Below are positions 50,828 through 61,068 of a DNA stretch of 64,000 nucleotides, one piece after another. The position numbers and the translations under genes were made by a program. Position 1 is the first letter of the stretch; each line of letters opens with the position of its first letter. The notes under the pieces are model-generated. The model did no database searches and had not been told where the DNA came from. It saw nothing but the letters and a program-made list of their open reading frames with translations. This DNA is from Sulfurospirillaceae bacterium (GTDB taxonomy: Bacteria; Campylobacterota; Campylobacteria; Campylobacterales; Sulfurospirillaceae): positions 1 to 64,000 of the forward strand of contig JAWVXD010000001.1 of assembly GCA_033723415.1 (NCBI GenBank). The letters are read 5' to 3'.

Positions 50828-51712
50828 TTGAGTACTGAAAATACAAAAGAAAAATCATACAAAAAACCGCTCAGTGAAGGGAGAAGGACATTTTTAGTTG
50901 CTACTAGAAATATCGGTCTAGCGACATTGGGAGGTTTGGTCTGGAGTGCGTATGTTGATGAGGTGAAGGCAAATCAGCTTTTGCTTCGCCCTCCTGCTGC
51001 ATTGAAAGAAGATGATTTTCTAAAAACTTGTATCAAATGCGGACTATGCGTGGAAGCTTGTAGGAATAGAGAAGGAAATATCATTTATGATGAAAACGGA
51101 AAGAGGATAGGAACGAAAGATCCTACCTTGAGACTTGCAAAACCGGGTGACAATAAGCCTTTGGGCACACCGTTTTTTATTGCAAGGCAAAATCCATGTT
51201 TTATGTGCGATGATGTTCCTTGTGCTCCTGCTTGCCCAAGCGGTGCATTGGACGTACTTAAAATTACAAATAAAAAAACCAAAAGATTAGATATAAATAT
51301 GGCACAAATGGGTTTGGCAGTTATAGACAAACATAGCTGTATCGCATATTGGGGATTGCAATGTGACGCATGTTACAGGGCATGTCCTCTTATGGGCAAA
51401 GCCATAACTCTTGATATGGAGATGAACAAACGAACAGGCAAACACGCCTTTTTGCAGCCTGTTGTTCACAGTGATGTTTGCACAGGTTGCGGTTTGTGCG
51501 AGCATGCTTGTGTAACAAAAAAAGCTGCTATATTTGTTTTACCAAGAGAGATCGCCATGGGAGAAGTAGGAAGTCATTATGTGCAAGGGTGGAATGATAA
51601 AGATCAGCAAAGAGTAAAAGATGCGGGATCTATTCATACCGTCACAAAGAGAAGTCAAGAAAAAGCAATCGACAAATTGAATGATATAGGAGGGCTGTTA
51701 GATGATCAATAA
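50828..51712 (+). CDS. napG: Ferredoxin-type protein NapG
   Basis: RRTFL, LRPP, multiple CxxCxxCxxxC. Confidence 0.95.
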   Translation: MSTENTKEKSYKKPLSEGRRTFLVATRNIGLATLGGLVWSAYVDEVKANQLLLRPPAALKEDDFLKTCIKCGLCVEACRNREGNIIYDENGKRIGTKDPTLRLAKPGDNKPLGTPFFIARQNPCFMCDDVPCAPACPSGALDVLKITNKKTKRLDINMAQMGLAVIDKHSCIAYWGLQCDACYRACPLMGKAITLDMEMNKRTGKHAFLQPVVHSDVCTGCGLCEHACVTKKAAIFVLPREIAMGEVGSHYVQGWNDKDQQRVKDAGSIHTVTKRSQEKAIDKLNDIGGLLDDQ

Positions 51713-52535
51713 CAATAAATTTCTAATAGCACGAAGAATCGCTCAAATCAGCTTTATCTTCCTTTTTTTTGCCGGTAATTATTTTGGTTGGAACATCCTC
51801 AAAGGAAATCTTAGTTTTTCCTATGTTTTTGGTCTGATCCCACTCAGCGATCCATATGCTATTATTCAAATGCTTGTAGCCGGAGCCAGTATTGCGTCCA
51901 ATGCATTGATAGGTGCGGCTATAATATTTTTATTTTATGCATTGCTTGGAGGTAGAGCTTTTTGCTCTTGGGTATGTCCTGTTAACATCATCACAGATGC
52001 TGCAAACTGGTCAAGAAGAAAGTTTGGTTTTGATTTGATTGCCAAAAAACAACCATTAAGTAGAAATGTGAGATATTGGATCTTGATTATTAGTCTTGTT
52101 ATCTCATATTTCTTAGGAATAGGAGCTTTTGAGTTCGTATCCCCGGTCTCTATGGTCCATAGAGGGATCATATTTGGAATCGGTTTTGGCGTAGCAACGA
52201 TCATCATACTTTTTTTATTTGATCTTTTTGTGCTTAAGAACGGATGGTGTGGACATTTATGCCCACTTGGTGGATTTTATTCGATCATCAGTAAATTCAG
52301 GCTTCTAAAGGTAAAACATGACAGTAGTGTTTGCACTGCCTGTATGAAATGCAAAGTCGTGTGCCCTGAAGATCAAGTTTTGAGTATGGTCGCTAAAGAA
52401 TCTACTCCAGTGCTTTCGGGAGAATGTATAAATTGCGGTAGATGTATAGATGTATGCGATGACAACGCACTTGGCTTTTTTTTAAAAATAAATCAAAACA
52501 ACAAAGAAGGAGAAATCAATAATGAAAAAAATTAA
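51702..52535 (+). CDS. napH: Quinol dehydrogenase membrane subunit
   Basis: GRAFCSWVCP, GWCGHLCPLG, two C-terminal 4Fe-4S motifs. Confidence 0.95.
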   Translation: MINNNKFLIARRIAQISFIFLFFAGNYFGWNILKGNLSFSYVFGLIPLSDPYAIIQMLVAGASIASNALIGAAIIFLFYALLGGRAFCSWVCPVNIITDAANWSRRKFGFDLIAKKQPLSRNVRYWILIISLVISYFLGIGAFEFVSPVSMVHRGIIFGIGFGVATIIILFLFDLFVLKNGWCGHLCPLGGFYSIISKFRLLKVKHDSSVCTACMKCKVVCPEDQVLSMVAKESTPVLSGECINCGRCIDVCDDNALGFFLKINQNNKEGEINNEKN

Positions 52536-53145
52536 TAAGATCACTATTAGTCTTATTGCTTTTGGATTATTTGCGGCGGGTTGTGCAGTAAGTAATGGTT
52601 CCGTAAGTGATACGTCACTAAGTTTAAGAAAAGTAAATGTTCAAAATGAGAATAGCATCAAGCTGCAAAATGTCAGTTATGAAAAAGCTGCCCCGGGTAC
52701 TGCGAAGCTGATCGAGCGTTCTTATGACAATGCGCCTCCGTTGATCCCGCACAGTGTTGACGGACTTGTTCCGATCACTAAGGATAACAATGCATGTCTG
52801 GGATGTCATATGCCGGAAGTCGCTGCTAGCTTAAATGCTACACCTATTCCAAAATCACATTTTACTAATTTTAGACCTTTAGAGTCGATTACAAAAAATG
52901 GGCAATTGGTTAAAAAAGGTACAATTGTTGCCAAAGCAAATAATGGAAGCAATGATGTTTATGCAACTTATACTCATGGAAAATTGTATGCGGGAAGATT
53001 CAACTGTACACAGTGTCATGTGCCTCAGTCTAATGCACAACCGTTAGTACGTAACACATTTAAACCAGATTATATGAATAAAAGTCAGATGAAGAAATCT
53101 AATCTTATCAATACATATGATCAGGGAATAAATACAGTACAATGA
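52522..53145 (+). CDS. napB: Dihaem cytochrome c subunit
   Basis: NAPPLIPH, CLGCH, CTQCH. Confidence 0.95.
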   Translation: MKKINKITISLIAFGLFAAGCAVSNGSVSDTSLSLRKVNVQNENSIKLQNVSYEKAAPGTAKLIERSYDNAPPLIPHSVDGLVPITKDNNACLGCHMPEVAASLNATPIPKSHFTNFRPLESITKNGQLVKKGTIVAKANNGSNDVYATYTHGKLYAGRFNCTQCHVPQSNAQPLVRNTFKPDYMNKSQMKKSNLINTYDQGINTVQ

Positions 53146-53627
53146 TAAAACGAAGAGAGCTATTTAGCTCTCTTGCTAATATTAATAAAAAGCAAGAAGC
53201 TAATAGCATAAGACCGCCATATTTTTTAGATACATCTTTATTTGAAACAGAGTGCATAAAATGTGATGGGAAATGCTCATTTGCTTGTGAAGAAAAAATC
53301 ATTACTATAAAGGATGACAAAACACCGATTTTGGATTTTTCCAAAGGCGGTTGTACGTATTGTGATGCGTGTGCCAAAGCTTGTGATTTCGGGGTTTTAC
53401 AAATAAGTAATAAATCAAATATCCAAGCTAGAGTCGAGATAAATATGATAAAATGTATAAGTTGGGATAAGGTCATGTGCTTTAGTTGCAAAGAAGTTTG
53501 CTTAGAGAACGCGATTCCTTTTTTGGGTCTGTTTAGACCTGAAATCGACAGTGAAAAATGTACAGCTTGCGGCTTTTGTATAAACGTTTGCCCGACAGAT
53601 GCAATCGAGGTTTTAAAATGGCAGTAA
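53142..53627 (+). CDS. napF: Ferredoxin-type protein NapF
   Basis: RRELF, IRPPY, four Cys clusters. Confidence 0.9.
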   Translation: MIKRRELFSSLANINKKQEANSIRPPYFLDTSLFETECIKCDGKCSFACEEKIITIKDDKTPILDFSKGGCTYCDACAKACDFGVLQISNKSNIQARVEINMIKCISWDKVMCFSCKEVCLENAIPFLGLFRPEIDSEKCTACGFCINVCPTDAIEVLKWQ

Positions 53628-53881
53628 AATTTATATCTACGATAAAAGAAAACGGAATCGGAGGATGGTGTATTGAGCTTGTAGATACGCTTGATGATAC
53701 CAGAGTCTTATGCAATAGTATCGAAGAATACGAAAGTGCAATAGAAAAAATGGGAGAAGAGTATGCCAATGATATAGAAGTGCAATGGCATAAAGATGAC
53801 AATGTGACAAAAATCCATATGGATGAAGTCAGAATAGAAATTTCAAAATTTCAAAAACTAATTGATAAAAAGATGATCTAG
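53618..53881 (+). CDS. Small acidic hypothetical protein in the nap operon (87 aa)
   Basis: Start MAVKFIST at 53618 after GAGG, overlapping napF end; stop overlaps napL start. Confidence 0.7.
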   Translation: MAVKFISTIKENGIGGWCIELVDTLDDTRVLCNSIEEYESAIEKMGEEYANDIEVQWHKDDNVTKIHMDEVRIEISKFQKLIDKKMI

Positions 53882-54831
53882 TGAAAAAATATTTTTTATT
53901 TTTTTTATTTTTTTTAGTTGTATTGCAAGCCAAAGAGCTTACACCTTCATACACGCTCAAAGTCAACGGTGATATTGTTGACATGATGATAAGTTCGGGT
54001 AAAATATATGTCACCACTGACAGCAGCAGTGTTGATATATTTGACATAGCAACTAAAAAACTTGAAAAAGTTATAAAATTTAAAAAAATAAAAGATTTTT
54101 TAGGTGAATTATCGGATGTCAGAATCTATTCTGTAGATAAAGACAAAGATAGGCTATTGTTTGTCACACAAGGAGAGAAGGGATATAGCAGAATTTATTT
54201 GTATCAAGAGGGTGTGAACAAACTATTGCTTGATGAAAATAGTGAAATGTCTATCATGAAAGCTATGTTCTTATCGGGTAACAAGATTATTTTTGCAACT
54301 TTGAGTTCACAAGTGGTTGTGTATGATATGAAAAATAAAAAAATTGTTTACAACAAACAGATTTCAGAATCTAAATTTTCAGATTTTGTCTTAAATATCA
54401 TGAAAACCAAGTTGCTCTTAGCAGATGAGAGCGGTGATACGAAACTCGTAGATGTAAGTGATGGCAGTATAGAGAAGGTGTTTAAAGGTAAAAATTTAGA
54501 TAATGTCTATCAAATCGATTATAAAGATCATGTCATCGCAACTGCGGGAAAAGATAGACGATGTGCGGTATATTGGGATAACAATTCACATAGCTATTAT
54601 AAGAGTAGCAACTTTCTGATATACAGCGTAGGTCTTAGTCCATTTGGAAAATTATGTGCGTATGCAAGTGATGATAAAAACAATATTGTAGTTTTTGAGA
54701 CGCAAAATGGAGAAGATCTATATAAATTAAGCGGAAATGAAAGTCCGATTTCAAATATAGTTTTTGCAGATAAAAACAGTCTGTTTACCACAAACAAGAA
54801 TAAGATAAAATTTTGGAAATTATTTAACTAG
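53881..54831 (+). CDS. napL: WD40/beta-propeller nitrate reductase accessory protein
   Basis: Signal peptide, ADESG, NLDNVYQIDY, TAGKDRR; position before napD. Confidence 0.85.
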   Translation: MKKYFLFFLFFLVVLQAKELTPSYTLKVNGDIVDMMISSGKIYVTTDSSSVDIFDIATKKLEKVIKFKKIKDFLGELSDVRIYSVDKDKDRLLFVTQGEKGYSRIYLYQEGVNKLLLDENSEMSIMKAMFLSGNKIIFATLSSQVVVYDMKNKKIVYNKQISESKFSDFVLNIMKTKLLLADESGDTKLVDVSDGSIEKVFKGKNLDNVYQIDYKDHVIATAGKDRRCAVYWDNNSHSYYKSSNFLIYSVGLSPFGKLCAYASDDKNNIVVFETQNGEDLYKLSGNESPISNIVFADKNSLFTTNKNKIKFWKLFN

Positions 54832-54843
54832 AGGAGTAATGTA

Positions 54844-55236
54844 ATGAATGTATCAAGTATAGTAGTGCAAGTTTTGCCAAAAAATTTGGATAGCGTAATA
54901 GATGATTTAAAAAATTGCGAAGTATGTGATTATCATTTTCATGATGAAAAAGGGCGTATTATAATTACAATCGAGGCTGAAAATGTATCTGAAGAACTAA
55001 AAAAATTAAAAGTTATAGAAGATATACCAAATGTAATATCAGCAGATATGCATATGAGTTACAGTGAAAATGAACTGGATGAGCAGATAAAAGTTCTAAA
55101 TAATGCAAATGCAGTTCCAAAAGTACTAGATCAAGACACGACGAAGATCGACCCTTCAAGCGTAGTATATGGCGGAGATCTTAGAAAAAAAGATATATAT
55201 GCCTTTGCAGAAAAAATGAATGATGATATAAAATAG
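54844..55236 (+). CDS. napD: NapA chaperone
   Basis: MNVSSIVV, GRIIITIE, SADM.MSYSE. Confidence 0.92.
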   Translation: MNVSSIVVQVLPKNLDSVIDDLKNCEVCDYHFHDEKGRIIITIEAENVSEELKKLKVIEDIPNVISADMHMSYSENELDEQIKVLNNANAVPKVLDQDTTKIDPSSVVYGGDLRKKDIYAFAEKMNDDIK

Positions 55237-55245
55237 GAGTTTATT

Positions 55246-55785
55246 GTGGAAGGTTATGATTTCAATATGTTCACAGAAACTAAAGTTCCTGAACATGAGT
55301 TGATCGTCTCACGAACTGATCTAAATGGGATCATCACATACGTCAATAGTGTTTTTGCTGAAATTTCAGGATATCAAGAAGATGAATTAGTTGGAAAACC
55401 ACATAATATAATCAGACATCCTGATATGCCAAAATCAGTATTTAAACATCTTTGGAATAGTATAAAACGTAAACAAAATTGGAGCGGTTATGTAAAAAAC
55501 CTCAGAAAAGACGGTGGATATTACTGGGTTTTTGCAGAAATATCAGGTGTTTACAAGAATGGAAAATTAGTTGAATATAAATCTATGAGATCACCTGTCA
55601 AAGATGAGATGAAAGTCTATATGCAAAAAGAGTATGACGAGTTAAGGGAAAGAGAAGAGGGCATGGTTAAAATAGTGGCAAATATTACTGTTGAAAACAA
55701 ACAAAAACTCTTGAAGTATGCTCATGATAAAAATATAAATGTTGATAGAATCTTAGACAATATTTTAGATGATTATTTATTGTAA
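55246..55785 (+). CDS. Aer/CetB-type PAS protein with possible C-terminal ribbon-helix-helix
   Basis: SRTDLNGIITYVN, HNIIRHPDMP, KNLRKDGGYYWV, YKSMR. Confidence 0.85.
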   Translation: MEGYDFNMFTETKVPEHELIVSRTDLNGIITYVNSVFAEISGYQEDELVGKPHNIIRHPDMPKSVFKHLWNSIKRKQNWSGYVKNLRKDGGYYWVFAEISGVYKNGKLVEYKSMRSPVKDEMKVYMQKEYDELREREEGMVKIVANITVENKQKLLKYAHDKNINVDRILDNILDDYLL

Positions 55786-55813
55786 TCATAAAATAAATAT
55801 TTAGAAATCAGCT

Positions 55814-55933
55814 TTAATGAATTTGAACCTCTATACGATTTCTTCCATTTTCTTTCGCCTCGTAAAGCAATGTGTCGATTTTGTCTTTTAAATAAACTTT
55901 GTATAATTTTTTGTAGATAACATTGGCATCTTT
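55814..55933 (-). pseudogene. GGDEF-domain C-terminal remnant
   Basis: Startless frame containing DKIDTLLYEAKENGRNRIEV*, matching the AD-x-ALY-x-AK-xx-GRNR tail of diguanylate cyclases. Confidence 0.55.
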
Positions 55934-56085
55934 TTATGATTTTATACTTGGAAAACTATTTACGACTTTTCTTTATATATAATATCTTAGATGATAATTG
56001 AATGTAGATACTTTTCTTTCAAGTATGCTCTTAAGAAAGTGTATCTATTTGGCAAATCTAGAAAAATATTTGATATAATAAGAAT

Positions 56086-56454
56086 ATGAAAATTGAACAT
56101 ATTATAAAAGATAAAAATTTAAAATTAACACCTGCTAGGATTGAAATTTTAGAAATTCTTATAGCAAAAAACAAACCTATATCCTATGAAGACATAAAAG
56201 ATACTTTAAGTATGGATAAGGCGACATTTTATAGAAATATAGCAAAATTTGAAGAGAGTTCTATCATACGAAGTTTTGAAGCTAACGATAAAAAACGCTA
56301 TTTTAGTTTAGAACAAAATTTCCATCCTCACTTCATATGCACAAAATGCAACATGATCTCTTGCCTTAATGAAGCAAATATCATAAGGATGGAAAATTAT
56401 AAAATTGAAAGTATTGTCATCAAAGGTATCTGTCCTTTGTGTTTAAATACCTAG
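56086..56454 (+). CDS. Fur family transcriptional regulator
   Basis: LKLTPAR, ATFYRN, HPHFICTKC, GICPLC. Confidence 0.9.
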   Translation: MKIEHIIKDKNLKLTPARIEILEILIAKNKPISYEDIKDTLSMDKATFYRNIAKFEESSIIRSFEANDKKRYFSLEQNFHPHFICTKCNMISCLNEANIIRMENYKIESIVIKGICPLCLNT

Positions 56455-57000
56455 CATTTTCTTTTTTAAACTTTTCTGCGCAGGCTTGTTACAAAGCCAA
56501 ATACCAAAAAGAGCTTTTTTAAATTTTAATCCTTCTATGGTAGTTGCAAATTTATTGTTCTTATATATCTTAACCCCAACGCCCGGCACATATGAAAAAT
56601 CATAGATATCACCGTTTCGTATCTTTTGTGTAAAAACTGCTAAAAATTGAGATATCTCTTGTTTTATAGGTTTTATGTGCCCATCTGTTGATTTTTCAAA
56701 CCCTTCCATCGTCCCGTTTGTCATCTTATCACTGCTAATCAGTGAAGATGTGATATACAATGTTATATCCATCGGTTCATTTGCGTTTATTATTTCTTGT
56801 GCATTTTTAGTTTTTTTCTTTAGATATAAAGCACCGACATACAAGTCAAAAAAGAATTTACTTCTTATTCCTGCACCGTTTAATACAAGAGTATTGTTTT
56901 GAATTGAATCTGGAATTTTTATGCCTGATATTTTTGCGCCAAAAACACTACTACAGCTAAGTAAGCATACGATTGCAGCTATTTTAATAAACTTATTCAT
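56443..57000 (-). CDS. Chalcone isomerase-like periplasmic protein
   Basis: Signal peptide, LNGAGIRSKFFFDLYVGALYL, FGIWL. Confidence 0.88.
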   Translation of the reverse strand: MNKFIKIAAIVCLLSCSSVFGAKISGIKIPDSIQNNTLVLNGAGIRSKFFFDLYVGALYLKKKTKNAQEIINANEPMDITLYITSSLISSDKMTNGTMEGFEKSTDGHIKPIKQEISQFLAVFTQKIRNGDIYDFSYVPGVGVKIYKNNKFATTIEGLKFKKALFGIWLCNKPAQKSLKKKMLGI

Positions 57001-57002
57001 GA

Positions 57003-57557
57003 TCAATCCAACCCTAATTTAGGGGCTATCTCTCTCATAGCAAGTATGACTTCTTGAATAAGATCGTTTAGCTCCATCTCAAGCATTTGTGCACCTTTTG
57101 TTATCACTTCTCTGCTGGCACCTGCTGCAAAAGATTTTTGCTTAAATTTCTTTTTAACCGAAGATACTTCCAAATCCATCACTGATTTTGAGGGACGTAC
57201 AAGTGCACAAGCCGTGATCAGCCCTGTAAGCTCATCAACCGCATATAAGGTTTTTTCCATTTTTGTTAACGGCTCAATATCCGTACACATCCCATAACCA
57301 TGTGACATTATAGCTCGTATGATCTCATCACTGTAGCCTAATGGCTTCATTATTTCTTGAGTTTTATAACAGTGCTCATCTGGAAATTTCTCATAGTCTA
57401 GGTCATGTAATAATCCAACTATTGCCCAACTATCTTCATCTTCTCCTGCTTTTTTGGCAAAATATCTCATAGCACCCTCTACGGCAAGACCGTGAGTGAC
57501 AAGTGCCTCTGAATTGTACTTGTTTAGTAACTGAAACGCATCTTCTCTGCTTGGCAT
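57003..57557 (-). CDS. HDIG/HD-domain hydrolase
   Basis: H..AVE, GLLHDLDYE, AVDELTGLI, ALVRPSKS. Confidence 0.88.
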   Translation of the reverse strand: MPSREDAFQLLNKYNSEALVTHGLAVEGAMRYFAKKAGEDEDSWAIVGLLHDLDYEKFPDEHCYKTQEIMKPLGYSDEIIRAIMSHGYGMCTDIEPLTKMEKTLYAVDELTGLITACALVRPSKSVMDLEVSSVKKKFKQKSFAAGASREVITKGAQMLEMELNDLIQEVILAMREIAPKLGLD

Positions 57558-57730
57558 ATTTAAAATCCTCAATGTAATTTTGTGGCATATTTTAGCCTAT
57601 TTCATATATAATTGCAAAAAATAACAAAAGTCTCAAAATAGTGTATATTTTATAATATCTATTATCAGATCTATATGTAGCATTGATGCATTTTTTGTGC
57701 TATAATGTATACTTTTACTTGGAGGAATGT

Positions 57731-58735
57731 GTGAAAAGAATTATCTCGAAAAATCTAATATTCTTATTATTGTCGATATCAATTTTATTATTAAGCGGTT
57801 GTGCTAAAACACAAGAACAGAAAGAAATAAAAGGTAGCGATAACAATATCAGCGTTAGAATAGAAGGTGCCGTTTATCCAATACAAAAACAAGATGTTAT
57901 ATCATCTGCTGCCGGATATGTTAAAAAAGTATATGTTAAAGATGGCGATAAAGTAAAAAAAGGCGATATTATATATTCTCTAGATAAAGGATTGATGAAA
58001 TTAGATATAGAAAATATTAAAATGCAGATTAATTCACTAGAAAAGATCAGAGACAATGCTATAGCAAAAGGTAGTATTGATGGAAGTATTCCCGCGATAA
58101 ATCTAGCGGCTATTGAGCTGAAAAAAATATCATACCTGAGATCTAAAGGTTATATAAACGATTTCGAAGAGAATGAATACAAAAAAAATTATATTAATGC
58201 TATGTATAGTAATAAAACAAATGAAACCAACAATTTTGATAAAATTAAAAACTTGAACTCTGAAATAATGAGTAAGAAGATAGACCTAAAAAAGCTTGAA
58301 TACCAATTGAAATATGCAAATGCTTATGCTCAAATAGATGGTTTTGTAGTTGGTCTGAAACTAAGTCCAAGAGAATCTGTAGATGCTTCAGTAAAAATAT
58401 GTTCCGTTGTTAATATTGATAAAGTCATTGTAAAAGCCGGTTTTGCTACGGGTCTTTTACCTTTTGTGCATAAAAAGCAGAAAGTGAATATAAGCTTTGT
58501 GACGACACCGTCTTATAGCACGACTTCTGAAATTAAACAAATTAATCCTATTGTTGATGCTGCATATGGCAGTATGACGGTAGAGATGATAGTGCCAAAT
58601 CATAATTATATTTTACAAGAAGGAACAAGAGCCTTGGTAACGGTATCACTATCAAAACAAGGACAAAAAGAGATAAAAAAATATTTTTTAAATAATAAAA
58701 ATGATACGACATTAGAAATTAAATCAAAAATTTAA
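57731..58735 (+). CDS. Efflux periplasmic adaptor (MFP/HlyD-like) lipoprotein
   Basis: Lipobox LLSGC, lipoyl GYVKKVYVKDGDKVKKGD, coiled coil, AQIDG; GTG start after GGAGG. Confidence 0.8.
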   Translation: MKRIISKNLIFLLLSISILLLSGCAKTQEQKEIKGSDNNISVRIEGAVYPIQKQDVISSAAGYVKKVYVKDGDKVKKGDIIYSLDKGLMKLDIENIKMQINSLEKIRDNAIAKGSIDGSIPAINLAAIELKKISYLRSKGYINDFEENEYKKNYINAMYSNKTNETNNFDKIKNLNSEIMSKKIDLKKLEYQLKYANAYAQIDGFVVGLKLSPRESVDASVKICSVVNIDKVIVKAGFATGLLPFVHKKQKVNISFVTTPSYSTTSEIKQINPIVDAAYGSMTVEMIVPNHNYILQEGTRALVTVSLSKQGQKEIKKYFLNNKNDTTLEIKSKI

Positions 58736-60169
58736 TCATTGTGCATAAATAAATACTCTTCCTAAGGGCAAAGATTTAGCTGTAAAAGTGTCTTTTTGAA
58801 AATCTAGTTTGACAATGGCGCTATGTTTTTTACTTCTGATCCAAACTTTGTTATAAGCATCATAAATAGGTCTATTATTAGGTATGAAAGAGGAAATTAT
58901 CCTAAGGTATTTTTGATTGTTATATCCTTCGCTTACTAGGACAAAACCATTTTTATAAAATCTAACATAGCCATGAATTGCATCCAGTTTTATATAATAT
59001 TTACCAAGCGGTAGAGCTAAATTATAAAAATACACATTATCTCTCTCCAACTTTCGATCATATGGAACTTCTGCATAAACAAAGTTGTCGGTAAGTTTTG
59101 CCATGGCATAGCTAAAGTAAATCCCGTTTTTTGGTTTTTCCATTTTATATAGCGAGGTGCCATGAATCTTTTTGTATTCCGGAGCTAGATAATTTAAGTA
59201 TATAAAATTTTTAAATCCATACTCTTTATATTTCTTTTTATATTTTGTCAGTAGATCAATGAATTGCAATGAATCTTTTATGCTCTTTGAATTTTCATAT
59301 ATAGGAAAATAATTTGTAACAGGAATTTTATCTACCCATCCTTTGCTTTTTATCTGCAATTTTTTAGTTAGCTCATCATCTGTTGTTACGTAACTTTCGG
59401 TCATGTCATAAGATATATATGGGAGTAGGTAAGTATCTTTTCTAAATGCTTGATTTGTAACGACAAAAATTCCTCTATCTTTCAATTTTTTATAAAAATC
59501 GCCTATAATTTTAAAATAATCTTTTCCCGGATTGAGCTTTTTAAAGTTCTCATACACTGTTTTATACTCTTTGTCTAAGATATACCCGCCATCTGCCCAA
59601 TCAAAAAATAGACCATTGAAACCTTTCTCTTTCATATTTGTGATCAAATCGTTGATTTTGGCATCTAAAACAGCTTGATCACCCAAATTATAATAATAAT
59701 CTTGGCACCAATTATAATGATTTTCTTTACAGTGAATATATGGACCGTTTGGGTTAAGTGTCGTCTTGTCACGATTTTTGTATAAGTTATATATGAATTT
59801 TCTGTTCTCTCCGTCCGTATAGTAGTAAAAAGCAGGCATCCAATCGTAAGCTATATGATGTTTGATTTTAAAAATGCCTTTTTCTTGTAGTATTCGGTGC
59901 GTTATATGATTGTCGTCAATACCGCCCAATTCAGCAATATTAAATTTTTTGGCCCAGCTTATTTCATCCTTGCCTCCAAAAATTGAAGCAGTAGCATAAT
60001 CCCCGACCTTTGTTGGTATTTTAAAATTTGCTGTTTGATTTTTCCCTAAAATACGGTATTCATCTTTAGGCACGATAAAAGAATTGTACTTGACCGTATC
60101 ACAAAACAAAAGAGTGTTCCCAAGACTCAAAAAGAGACTTATGTGGTAAAAAGCTAAAAGCTTTTTCAT
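58736..60169 (-). CDS. Secreted putative glycoside hydrolase (TIM-barrel; GH114/GHL-like)
   Basis: Signal peptide, GFNGLFFD, VTNQAF, MTESY; family assignment uncertain. Confidence 0.55.
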   Translation of the reverse strand: MKKLLAFYHISLFLSLGNTLLFCDTVKYNSFIVPKDEYRILGKNQTANFKIPTKVGDYATASIFGGKDEISWAKKFNIAELGGIDDNHITHRILQEKGIFKIKHHIAYDWMPAFYYYTDGENRKFIYNLYKNRDKTTLNPNGPYIHCKENHYNWCQDYYYNLGDQAVLDAKINDLITNMKEKGFNGLFFDWADGGYILDKEYKTVYENFKKLNPGKDYFKIIGDFYKKLKDRGIFVVTNQAFRKDTYLLPYISYDMTESYVTTDDELTKKLQIKSKGWVDKIPVTNYFPIYENSKSIKDSLQFIDLLTKYKKKYKEYGFKNFIYLNYLAPEYKKIHGTSLYKMEKPKNGIYFSYAMAKLTDNFVYAEVPYDRKLERDNVYFYNLALPLGKYYIKLDAIHGYVRFYKNGFVLVSEGYNNQKYLRIISSFIPNNRPIYDAYNKVWIRSKKHSAIVKLDFQKDTFTAKSLPLGRVFIYAQ

Positions 60170-61068
60170 TTTTTCGTCAAGTCTTTTAATTTGAGATCTT
60201 TGATAAATAAAAATATATATAGCAATACAAAATCAACAATAAATAAAAGTGCATGATAAATACTAGCACTTATCAAAGCGCTTTCTTTACTCACCCCATG
60301 ATGACTTAAGAACAAAACAACTATTCCCTCATAAGTGCCTAATCCGGCAGGAGCAAGGGGAATAGAAAGAGCAATAGTCGAAAATATAAAGAGCTCCAGC
60401 ACATCTTTAAAGTTTAGACTAAAGTCAACAGCATACATAAAGAAAAAAAGAGTACCCAAAAAATACATAATCCACAATAATCCAGTGTATAAAAAGGCAT
60501 CAAAAGGTGTTTTGAGTAGTTTATTGATGTTTTTATATATCTTTTGTCCGTATACTCTTATCAGTTGAATCGGTACCTTTTTGAAGATGTTTAACACAAT
60601 TTTGGAATTGAAAAATAATATTATCAGGACTATAAATATAGCAAGTACGAGTATAGAGTTTTTTACAATATTATCGGAAAAATAACTATATGCTAAGTAG
60701 CAGGTCAATAAAAATAGCATTATGATGTCATAAAATTTTTCAATAAAAAGGATAGAGAGTGTTCTGTGATAGTTGTAATTATAAAATTTTTTTAGATATA
60801 CGGCTTTGGAAAATTCTCCTAATTTCGCAGGCAATATCATATTTAAGGCACTAGAGACTATGATCGTTTCAAAAGAGATATTAAAAGACATAGTTGAGAT
60901 CTTCATCCATCGGAGAGTTAATACAATCTGACCTAAAAATATAGTGAATAAAGTTATGAAAATTCCTAAATAGGAAAATATAGAAAAGTCTATTTTACTT
61001 ATGTTAAACCCATAAAAAAGATAGATCATGATCGCTGATAAGAGAATTATTTGAATTATTTTATTCAT
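60166..61068 (-). CDS. UPF0104/LPG synthase TM-domain flippase-like protein
   Basis: RW, NMILPAKLGE, EKFYD, PAGLGTYE. Confidence 0.85.
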   Translation of the reverse strand: MNKIIQIILLSAIMIYLFYGFNISKIDFSIFSYLGIFITLFTIFLGQIVLTLRWMKISTMSFNISFETIIVSSALNMILPAKLGEFSKAVYLKKFYNYNYHRTLSILFIEKFYDIIMLFLLTCYLAYSYFSDNIVKNSILVLAIFIVLIILFFNSKIVLNIFKKVPIQLIRVYGQKIYKNINKLLKTPFDAFLYTGLLWIMYFLGTLFFFMYAVDFSLNFKDVLELFIFSTIALSIPLAPAGLGTYEGIVVLFLSHHGVSKESALISASIYHALLFIVDFVLLYIFLFIKDLKLKDLTKK

